64,000 bases of DNA from Squalus acanthias (Eukaryota). Positions 39,701 through 51,700 of this stretch are shown one piece after another; the first letter of the stretch is position 1, and each line of letters starts with the position of its first letter. A model generated the notes under the pieces. It was not told the origin of the DNA, searched no databases, and saw nothing but the letters and a program-made list of their open reading frames with translations. Position numbers and translations under genes: made by a program. The stretch is from assembly GCA_030390025.1 (NCBI GenBank), contig CM059431.1:155250001-155314000 (forward strand). The letters are read 5' to 3'.

Positions 39701-42700
39701 AACAAAGTCGTCAGCACCACTGGTTGGAATCCGTTGCCTTGGGCTTCCACTCTTTACTTCCTACTTACTTTAAACAACCTCCACATGTTGCAAGATCTAG
39801 GTCGTTTCTCTTAACTCTACGAAAAAGAGGCAGCTTAAACTCTAAATTCCTGCTCTGAGAGGCGCCATTGGCCGTCTCACTGTTTGAAAGGCTCTAAAGA
39901 AAAGCTGCTGCTCTAAATGTAAGTTCAAATTATTCATTGCTTCAAAGCAGACATAGAATTTTAACCTGTTCTCATTTACACTTTTACAGAAAATTCAGAT
40001 ACTAAAATGTTACTAATGTTGGCGAGATACACGGATATCCAGCTTGGAAGAATTATCGGCTGCTACCGTCAGAGACTAGAATCGTCAATTGAAGAATTCG
40101 TGGAAGCTGTTAGTCAATTGCTCTTAGATGCAAACGTGTTTACTGAAACAATTCATAAGGTATGCTACATATATGTTGGAATTTTCTAAATGGCCTCATA
40201 AATTTGAGACGGGATGATGGGAGATTGTTCATAGAAACGTAGAAACATCGAAAATAGGTGCAGGAGTAGACCATTCGGTCCTTCGAGCCTGCACCGCCAT
40301 TTAATGCGTTCATGGCTGAACATGCTACCTCAGTACCCCATACCTGCTTTCTCGCCTTACCCCTTGATCCCCCTAATTGTGAGTATTATATCTAACTCCC
40401 TTTTGAATATATTTAGCGAACTGCACTCAACAACTTTCTGTGGTAGAGAATTCCACAGATTCACCTCTCTCTGGCTGAAGAAGTTGCTCCTCATCTCAGT
40501 CTTAAATGGCTTCCCCTTTATCCTTAGACTGTGATCCCTGCTTTTAGTTTTCCCTAACATTGGAAACATTCTGCCCGCATCTAATTTGTCTAACCCAGTC
40601 AGGATTTTAAACGTCTCTATAAGATCCCCCCTCATTCTTCTGAATTCCAGAGGATACAAGTTCAGTTGATCCAGTCTTTCTTGATATGTCAGTCTGGCCA
40701 TCCCAGGAATCAATCTAGTGAACCTTCGTTGCACTCCCTCAATAGCAAGAATGTCCTTCCTCAAGTTAGGAGACCAAAACTGCTCACAATACTCCAGGTG
40801 TGGCCTCACCAAGGCCCTGTACAACTGTAGCATCACCTCCCTACTCCTGTACTCAAATCCCCTTGCTATGAAGGCCATCATGCCATTTGCTTTCTTGACT
40901 GCCTGCTGCACTTGCCTTCCCACCTTCAGTGACTGATGTACCATGACGCCCAGGTCTCGTTGCACCTCCCCTTTCCCTAATCTGCCACCATTCAGGTATT
41001 GGTCTGCCTCCCTATTTTTACCACCAAAGTGGATAACCTCACATTTATCCACATTGTACTTCATCTGCCATACATTTGCCCATTCACCCAACCTGTCCAA
41101 GTCACTCTGTAGCATCCTAGCATCCTCCTCATTGTTCACACTGGCTCCCAATTTAGTGTCATCCGCAAATTTGGAGATATTACAATTAATCCCTTCTTCC
41201 AAATCATTAATATATAATGTAAACAGCTGGGGCCCCAGCACCAAACCCTGCGGTAACCCACTGGTCACTGCCTGCAATTCTTAAAAGTGCCAATTTACTC
41301 CTACTCTTTGTTTCCTGTGTGCCAACCAGTTCTCAATCCACGTCAACACATTACCCCCAATCCCATGTGCTTTAACTTTGCACACCAATCTCTTGTGTGG
41401 GACCTTGTCGAAGGCCTTCTGAAAGTCCAAATACACCACATCTACTGGTTTCCCCCCCGTCCACCCTATTGGAAACATCCTCACAAAATACCAGAAGATT
41501 TGTCAAGCATGATTTCCCTTTCACAAATCCATGCTGACTTGGACCTATAATGTCGCCACTTTCCAAATGGTCTGTTATGACATCTTTAACAATTGATTCC
41601 ATCATTTTACCCACCACCGATGTCAGGTTGACCGGTCTATAATTCCCTGCTTTCTCACTGCCTCCTTTTTTAAAAAGAGGGGTTACATTAGCCACCCCCC
41701 ACTCCTTCGGAACTGATCCAGAGTCTAAGGAATGTTGGAAAATGATCGTCAATGCATCCACTATTTCCAAGGCCACCTCCTTAAGTACTCTGGGATGCAG
41801 ACCATCAGGCCCTGGGGATTTATCAGCCTTCAGTCCCATCAATTTCCCCAACATCTTTTCCCGACTGATAAGGATTTCCCTCAGCTCCTCCCTCTTATCA
41901 GATCCTTTGATCTCTTTTATTTCCGGAAGGTTGTTTGTGTCCTCCACAGTAAACACCGAACGAAAGTACTTGTTCAATTGATCCGCCATTTCTTTGTTCC
42001 CCATTATGAATTCCCCTGTATCTGACTGCAGGGGACCTACGTTTGTTTTTACTAACCTCTTTCTTATTACATATTTATAGAAGCTTTTGCAGTCTGTTTT
42101 AATGTTCTCCGCAAGCTTCCTTTCATATTTTATTTTCCATGCCCAAATCAAACCCTTCATCCTCCTCTGCTGAGTTTTAAAGTTCTCCCAGTCCCCGGGT
42201 TTGCTGCTACTTCTGGCCAATTTGTATGCCACTTCCTTGCTTTTAATACTATCCCTGATTTCCCTTGTTAGCCATGGTTGAGCCACATTCCCTTTTTTAT
42301 TTTTACGCCAGACAGGGATGTACAATTGCTGTAGTTCATCCATGCGATCTCTAAATGTCCACCATTGCCCTTCCACTGATAACCCCTTAAATATCGCTTG
42401 CCAATCTAACCTCGCCAATTCACGCCTCATACCCTCAAAGTTGCCCTTATTTAAGTTCTGCACCATGTTCTCTGAATTAACTGTTTCCTTCTCCATCCTA
42501 ATGTAGAACTACACCTTACTATGGTCACTCTTCCCCAAGGGGCCTCGCACCACAAGATTGCTGATTAGTCCTTCCTCATTACACACCACCCAGTCCAGGA
42601 TGGCCTCCCCTCTAGTTGGTTCCTCAACATATTGGTTTAGGAAACCATCCCTTAACCACTCCAGGAAATCCTCCTCCACCGTATTGCTTCCTGTTTGAGT

Positions 42701-45700
42701 AGCCCAATCTATATGCATATTAAAGTCACCCATGATAACTGCTGCGCCTTTTTTGCATGCACCTCTGATTTCCTGTTTCTTACCGTCCCCCACCTCACTA
42801 CTACTGTTTGGAGGTCTGTACACAACTTCCACTAACGTTTTCTGCCCTTTGGTGTGCTGCAGCTCTACCCATATAGATTCCACATCCTCCAAGCTAATGT
42901 CCTTCCTAGCTAATGCATTAATCTCCTTTTTAACCAGCAATGTTACCCCACCAACTTTTCCTTTTATTCTATCCTTCCCGAATGTTGAATACCGCTGGAT
43001 ATTCAGTTCCCAGCCTTGATTGTTCTGGAGCCACGTCTCTGTAATCCCAATCACATCATATCCGTTAACATCAATTTGCACAGTCAATTCATCCACCTTA
43101 TTACGGATACTACTTGCATTAAGACACAGAGCCTATAGGTTTGTTTTATTAACACCCTTTGTCCTTTTAGACTTATGATTTAGTATGGCCCTTTGTGTTT
43201 CTTGCCTTTGTTTACTCGGATTTCCCTTATTGTTTCACACCTGTCTAACATTTGTTTCTGACTGCATATTGCTTCCCCTTGTTTCGCTACATAGGTTCCC
43301 ATTCCCCTGCCATATTAGTTTAAATCCTCCCGAACTGCCTTAGAAATTATTACCCCGAGGACATCGGTTCCAGTCCTGCCCAAGTGCACACCGTCCCTTT
43401 TGTATAGGTCCCACTTCCCACAGAACTGGTTCCAATGCCTCAGGTATTTGAATCCCTCCCTCCTGCACCACTGCTCAAGCCACGTATTTAATCTCGCTAT
43501 CCTGTTCATGCTACTCTGATTAGCACGTGACACTGGTAGCAAGTCGGTCTGGAACGGCATGGCTTTGCTGGTTTAAAGGTTGTATTCTCTGGTGACTTTA
43601 TGTTCGCGGCACAGGTGTGGTGGTGCGAGGACTTGATAGCCATGGGTTGAATGATAACAGCCTTCTCACGGCCGACCCTTTTACGTGCTCTTAGATTACA
43701 GCTAATATCGTCTCAAAGGAAACAGAACTTGAGGTTTTTAATGCGTTAAATAATAAGTGAACAGCATCTCATGTGATAACCATGAGTTAATCGTGGATGA
43801 ATCCCCGACCCAAATATCGTCAGCTGCATCATCAATTCATTTTTTTCTTTCATACGGTCAGAATTTGGGCTTTACTCTGATGATTGCAGTGTTCAATTCC
43901 ATTCCCAATTCCTCAGGTAACTAAACAGTCCATGCCCGTATGCAACAAGATCTGGTCAACATGCCAGTTTTGATGGATAATTAGCAAGTAACATTTGTGC
44001 CGCATAAGTGACATGCAAAAACCATCTGCAGAAAGAGACTCTCTGATCTACTGATAATTCACTGGAAAAGGTCTTGCAGTTAAGCTATTTACCTTGGTCG
44101 TATTTCTGCATGGATTCGGGTTACTGTTGTTTCTGTAATCGGACATAAATGGCATCCTATTCAAGGAGCAATTAATCCAAATTTCAGGATTGCAAGGAAC
44201 ACGCCAAGACACAATGGCTCGTATTTTCCGATGCCTACGTGTGAGTACGCGCTGTGTGCACACCCGTAGGGATATAGGTAATGCCGGTTTCAGGCATGCG
44301 CTAAAACCGGCATTACCGATCTGTCACGAATCATCTTGACAGATCGGACGCTTGCCCCAGAGAAGGGCCTCGTCGGGTGGAGATTTCCGCTTGCTGTAGG
44401 ACATCCGCTCTTGAAAACACTTAAAAATCGTACTCCTGGTAAAAGCAGGCGTAAGGCCTGCTTTTCACAGCACAAGAGTTTAAAAAAGTTAAAAAATACA
44501 TATTTTTTCGCACATTTATAATTTTAAAGTACTTCTAAATAAGGTAAGTTTAATTTTAGCTCCGTAAAAATCTTTAATTATTTTTTTCAAAACATTAATT
44601 TTTTGTTTAAAATATTTAAATTAATATAAATGTTACTCATTTTAAAAACGCGATGCTTTTGAAAAATGTATTTATTACTTTGATTTGTTTTTGGGTTGAT
44701 CGCCATTCATACCTTTGACAGTTCTATCAGTCAAAGGTATGAAGGGAGATTCCCTTCTATTCTCTCGCCTGTCCACCTATCTCTGGGGCTCATGAGCTTC
44801 GCAAGCGTCCCTGGGATCAGGTGGGCCCTGCGCATTTCTACTGTGGACAGGCCCAGGATCGGAAATGGCTCCTCCTCGGGAGCCCTCAGGTAAGGGCGTA
44901 GATTTATTCCCGACAGGAGGCAACCGCACGCAGTAAGCCTCCTAACGGAAATTACGGGCCAAATATTGTAATGAATATTTGAATAAGATACCACTAGCAG
45001 CACAAGCATCACGCGTCCTCAGCAAGGTCCCAATGGATATCCTGGAGCTAGATAGAACATCTAATAGCCACATATATCGAATCTCAGGAAAATAAATTAA
45101 CTGACATATTTAAAATAAGCTGTCGCTCACGGCCGAGAAATTCTGTCCGTTCTTTAGCAAAGCAGACGAGCATTTTAATTAAACGAGACGATTCGTGTGA
45201 GTCACTGCCCGTGGCACCAATTTCTAGAACTTTCTACAAAACATATTCAAGTCGTTGCTTCCATTTCTTTTCTCCTTCCAACTTCACTGCATGGCTGATT
45301 CTACCTGCCTATCCACCAACTTCCCTGCCACAGTTATTATTTATAATTAACAACCTCAAAAAATCTGCATTATTCTACGTCCCACCAAGCACTCGCAAAA
45401 TTCATATAGTCCATGGGTTACGCAACTTTAAGCCTTCACGTTCATTCTTCTGCCCAATGCTCAGGGACATCAACATTACCGGCATCTCCTGTCATGACAG
45501 CCATCATGTCCTATTTAAAATAAAATTCCGAGTCGCATCCTTGATATCTATATGATATATTTTCGAATATTTCCTGAAGTTATATAACACATATATTAAT
45601 AAAGCATGGTGAATAAAGCTGATTAGTTGAAGGTAGCGATTGTCTGATGATGCTCTAGGAAGTTATGATATGAAGACATGGTTAATGTAAGCGCACGTCT

Positions 45701-48700
45701 GGGAGCTTTGCGTTAATGGGCCGGATATTCCGATCCTTACGGGTGTGTACGCGCTGTGTACACAACCGTAGGGACATCGGAAATGCCGGTTTCAGGCATG
45801 CCAAGCGCATGCGCTGAAATCCGTAATTTCCGATCTGTCAAGAATGCTCTTGACAGATTGGACGCCTAGCCTGGAGAAGGTCCTCTGCGGAAGGACAGTT
45901 CCGCTTTCTGGAGAACCCCCGCCTGCAGAAAACCATTATAAATCGTATGTCTGCTATAAGCAGGGCTAAGGCTTGCTTTTCTTATGTTTTGGGGGTGATT
46001 TCCATTCATATATTGGACAGGACTTCCTGTCAAATGTATGAAGGGTGATTCCCTTCTCTGATTGGCTCCCTACGTGATCCCAGGGACGCTGCGAACTGCC
46101 TGCGCCTCTGGGATACGTGGGCCCTGCGATTCCAGATCGCAGTCCTCCGCCCGCGGATGGCCTGCGAAACGAATTCCTGGGCCAATATCTTTTTGGGGTG
46201 ATCTCCATTCATATATTTGACAGGTCTTCCTGTCAAATGTATGAATGCAGTTTCCCTACTTTGATTGGATCCCCATAGCCCACATGATCCCATGCACCCT
46301 GTAATCTGCCTGTGCCATTGGGATAATAGGGACCTGCGCAATTGGAGATTGGAGAGGACCAGGATCGGAATCGTGTGCGTACCGGGATCCCGAAGGTAAG
46401 GGCGTAGATTTTTCCAGATTGCAGAGCTGCGCACCCGGGATTCCTGCGATCGAAAAAACTGGCCATTAACTATGAGGAGTTCATTATCATGCACAAGTGG
46501 TGGGTCACGAATTGAGGATGCGATATATTGAAACAATGGAGACATTTTAGCGAGTGTATCAGAGATATGGATGACTTTAAATATCTAAAGTATAGAATTG
46601 ATCTACGGGTGAAGAGGGAATGTGCTATCTGCCACGTATCCAGGACGTGAGATAGATGGATACGTTTCCAGATCAACAGGGAAGGAATGAGTATTGGATC
46701 CATTTCTGCAAACGGATAACGGATATCTAAGAAGCAATGATATCATTAGAATTCAGAAGAACAGTAAATCAACGCAATATATTTGTACAGGATAACCAAT
46801 TTCCACAAATCAAGAACACACTAGCCCAGATATATTGGGACGGAATAGAGCAGATAATTCCTTCGGGAAGCAATACGAAGATACCAAGTAGGAAATGATT
46901 GCGATACCATCTATAGGAATTACACGACAATAAAAGGAGTGGTGCACATACAAGAATTATTTGGATGTGCATAGAAAAGGAATTTAAAAGTAAATTTACA
47001 ACTTGAATGTAGGGGGTTGATTATATAAATCAAATCAAAGAAACATAGAGGTTAACAAGCAGAAAGTAAAACGTTGACAGTTTAATAATTTGGTGATTGG
47101 CATGAGACAGTATTCGGGAAATGATCACATTTCATAAAAACTTCGAATAAAATAGTTTCTCATAAGACAGGACTATTCAGGTATTCAAAGCAAATGGTTC
47201 ATATAGAAGATGAAGGTTTGACTGATAAGCTTGTGCTACTGTTTAGATAAATGATACTTGAAATGAACGGAAATCTAATTGCAATCCATGGTAAAGAAAT
47301 ACGGACGCGTGTAACACGAGCCGCCCATTCGCTATCAGCACCTGTCATGCGACTGGCCGATTCCAATTTCACCCGCATTGTTTTGCAATCTGTGCAGTTT
47401 GAGTTTCTAAAAGCACTTTGTGAGCTTTCCAGAACATTGCTACTACTAACAACAAATAATGCTGCATTTTGTACGAACCATATTCCTGAAATCTGACTTT
47501 TCCCCTTTTATTTGGCACTGAACAATTTTTCATATCATTTGATAAAATTCAGCTTTCCTCGGTTACTCAACGCTGCTCCTCTCTATCTCTGCAACATCCT
47601 CCAGCCCTACAATCCTCCGTGATCTCTGTGCTCATCAAATTCTGAACCATTGCGCAACCCCGATTCTCTTTACGCCACTATTGGTAGCCGTGCGTTGTGC
47701 TGCCTCGGTCCAAAGCTCTGGAATTAACTCTGTAATCCTCCCCGGCCGTCTGCCATTCTCTTCTCTTTAGAAACGCTCCTTATAACTTATGGCAATGATA
47801 TAGATTTTGGTCAACTGTTTGTGAGCTTTTCTATTCATTCCTCCCATAAAGAGAGGGAGAAACAAAACCGACGTTTCTTAGCTGATTTTGTAAAATACTT
47901 TGTTCAATATGATTGCAATATGTTTTTAGGAAATCAGTACACTTGCTGAAAGTACGCGCATAAACAATGCATCCCAACGCATTTTCGATATCTTGCTGGA
48001 AAAGGGAGCTCGGGGAGAAAGAACAATGCGGAACATATTTCTTCAACTGCAGAATACAAAACCCAAACTGAAAGCGACATTGTCAGAGATAAAGAACAGA
48101 GATACAGGGACAAAACATGATCTAGAAGGTAGGCGATGTCAAAATCTAATTGCAAAAGATCGTGTTTACTTTCAGAGTAAGAGAGTTCATTGTTTATGTC
48201 GAGGAACTTATTTTAAGTTGATGTCCAGGAGGATGAAATTCTAATTTTCGGGATCACATTTGCCGACAGTTACACACACGCCCCATATTCAGCTCAATTC
48301 AAGTTTATTCGCGCGGAACATATAATAGGCGATGGATGCGATACGGCCTGTGTTCTGTCCTCGCCGAAAAACGGCCGGTATTGCATTTGCTGCACGTTGT
48401 TCGCTCGGTCCTATGTTCCCTTCCTTTGACTCCAATAAAATTGCAGAGGCTGCGCTGTGCCCACCCAGAGCCGGTAATCAGGGAAATCTCTCAAATCAGG
48501 GAAACTGATGTAATCTTCGGCTCTTTCACGGTAATTGCGCTCTTGAATTCCCCACTAAAAGTTTGACTGAAAGGGAAGGGTGCAACTGGATTGCAACAGC
48601 GTATTGAATTCTAAACAGATGTGATGGCCAGAAAATCTAATTTTAATTTAGTGCAGAGGCAACTTTATTCATTTAAATAAAAATTAACATTATTCTGAAA

Positions 48701-51700
48701 ATGTAATTATTTTAAAAGATTTTTCCTCCTTATTTCTGCTTTGCATTTTCCCCCTGTTAGAGCCCCAATATTTGTTTCGTTCGCTGAATCATTTTTTTTT
48801 TAAATTAGAAGTTTAACAGCGTATTCACTTCTTTGTTCGCTGTCTGTGAGAATTCTGCGTTTTGGTTGGATGCTTAGACAGCCTGTTGACTTCACAGCAG
48901 CTTGCACTCGGGATTCCCAATGATGCTCCGTTTATTTGAATTACACTTCGGAAAACCTGATTGCGAGATCTTTGTTTCAAGCTTACTTTGTGGCCGCAGC
49001 AAATGCCTTTGCTTCGCGCTGACCGCTAATTCCGGCCCGTTCTTTATTTAGTATCTCTGAGGTTTTTCTACTTCCATCGATAGGCATTTTAGAATCAGGT
49101 ACATTCAATTATGATTCCTAACAGCTATTGTCATGATTCAGATGTGGTATTTGAGATTTAGTCATTATTTCAATTTGCTATCAATAACTTTTTCCCAATC
49201 GTGTGTTCTTGTAATTGTTGTATTGATATCTATCAAATTTATTTTGAGTACATTTAGATTCACAGTATTTCAATTTCTCCGGTCCGTATCGCAGTTTAGT
49301 TTTCCCAAGATAGAAGGAATGAGCTTGCATTTACTGTTACTTTCTTTAACTATCTGCGCATTATTTATTAACTCTTTAGGCTAACAAGCGACAGTTACGA
49401 GTCTTTCTAATTGCTCAGCAGCATCTGGTGATTCCAAGCAATAAATTTCGAATGGATTCTCAGATCACCGTCCGCAATGATCATATTTTAAATTTCTGGA
49501 TATATGATAACATATGAATATTTGCTCGTGATTTAGATGCGCTTTTGTGAGGTTTAGACTCGATTCCTCAAACGACTTTTGGGCACTGCCAGAGCTCGAC
49601 TGCTTCAATTCATCAGTTCACCCTCATTTCCACTTATCCATAATCCCATTCGTCGGTGACCGACATTCACTTGCTGTCCCAGACAATTTGTGAAAGACTC
49701 CTACTCATCTACAATTCACTTTACAGTCTCGAGCGTCTTAATTTTACAGTCTTCTTCAAAAACCCACTTTTATTTCTGATCCATCCTCTCCCTTTGCTGT
49801 GGTTCCCAGATTATTGGTTCCTCTGCTCCGGACTCCAACAAAGTAGTTAGCACCACTGTCTGGAATCCGTTGCCTTGGGCTTCCACTCTTTACTTCCTAC
49901 TTACTGCTATTCTTCGAAACATTACATGCTTTTATTCTCAAGTTGACACCATCCTTTACTTTCTTACATATTCACGGATGGTTCATCTTTCTCTTAGAAT
50001 CTTTTTTTCTCTGAGTGTTATGAAACAACAGCAGCTTTTCGAATTGTTTGAGACTATTTGGACTGTCAATGAATACTTGAAAATCAAATCTCAAACATAT
50101 TCTATAATTTACAGAGATTGACGATACTACAATAATGGACGAACAAGGCAAGATAATCGTCACGTTTGCAGTCTTAGTTGCAATACTGCTGGGAACCGCA
50201 GGAGTTCTGGTGACGTGTTGTTGGCAAAACCGGAAAAATCGCGGTAAGATTACACCGCCGGCAGTAAAGATGCAGGAAATACAAATAGTGAAATAATCAG
50301 TTGCATTTTTGGTGGAGAAAAAGAAATACACTACACACTTTGTTATTCTCTCCCTAAATTATCCACCTCTACGTCCCCTGGTAATCATTAAACTTATGCT
50401 CAAAAACCTACTTTTTTGACTGCACTTCATCTACATCTTCTTGAACCCTTATTATAATTTTCGTTGTCCCGGATGTGTGCGTTCTTGCATCAGTAAAACT
50501 TCCTTTATGTGCCTTGGAATATTTATTTTCCTCGTTAAAGACACCGTACAAATGCAAGTTGTTGATGATGAGGTTTTGTCTTTATTAATAGAGATACCTC
50601 TCACGCCTTTCTCCGACCCGACTCCCGCAAATCCCTCTGAGTTTTATAGTGATGTACGTTCAGTTCTTTAATTATACCAGCTACGGTCATGTGTCGGCTA
50701 AATTATTGATGACTGCGTGATTATTTTCTATTCATATCGCAAACTTTTTTCCCAAAATTATTTCCTTATTACTCGGTGCAATAATATCCACAAAAATTAG
50801 TGTGATTGCAATTGAGTTCACAATATTTCTATTTCACTTGTTAACCCGATCACCGTTTCCTTTCGCTGTTCAATGGTATGTCTTGTACTTTTGAGCACCC
50901 GCTTGATATTGGAGTTAAGGACAATAAATGAATGTAACATTCATCAATCGATGGATTTCGAGTCGGACGCCCCCGTAAACTGCCAACGCCGCATCCCTGC
51001 CAATAAAAGGAAGAGAACTCTTTTATTATCTGCTAAATTAATTTCAGGTAAATCACAGAAGGATGCCGGTTAAGTTAGCCACGTGAACACGGTGGCATAG
51101 TGGTTAGCACTGGTGCCTCACAGCGCCAGGGACCCGGGTTCGAATCTGACCTCGGGTGACTGTCTGTGTGGAGTTTGCACATTCTCCCCGTGTCTGCGTG
51201 GGTTTCCTCCGGGTGCTCCGGTTTCCTCCCACAGTCAAAAATGTGCGAGTTAGGTTGATTTGGCTATGATAAATTGACCCTTAGTGTTAGGGGGGGATTA
51301 AATATGTGGGGTTATGGGGATAGGATGGGATATGCCAGGGGTAATTAAATACGTGGGGTTACGGGGGTAGGGTGGGATATGTTTACTGTGGGGATTAAAG
51401 CAGGGATAGGGTATTGGATTTGGATGATCAGCCATGATCGTATTCAATGGTGGAGCAGGCTCGACGGGTCGAATGGCCTACTCCTGCTCCTTGTTTCTAT
51501 GTCAAGAGGAAGTATCTTTGTCGGTGGGGGGAATAGAGGGAATAACGAAATACATGTGAGCCATAAGGAGTTAGTAAAGCATGGGGAGGCAGAATTAACA
51601 AAAAAATGAAATAGGCAGATGCCCGGATGAAGTAGAGAACGATGCGAGTAAAGTATGGAGTGCGAAATGTGAATTACAGACGATTACATCGGAGATACCT

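Larger units (their letters stand above)
32393..39769 (+). repeat. Tandem unit 4 (~6.9-kb core plus SINE); least interrupted copy
   Basis: Colinear high-identity copy, 7377 bp including a ~430-bp SINE. Confidence 0.95.
39770..49905 (+). repeat. Tandem unit 5 (~6.8-kb core plus CR1); last unit
   Basis: Homology to the other units stops abruptly after cttcctacttact at 49905. Confidence 0.95.

Noticed and set aside
1826..49905. Array as an assembly artefact
   Set aside because: The units differ by many substitutions, indels and private TE insertions with clean empty sites.
51088..51160. tRNA gene
   Set aside because: The A and B boxes run directly into a V-SINE core and CR1-like tail, so this is a SINE head.
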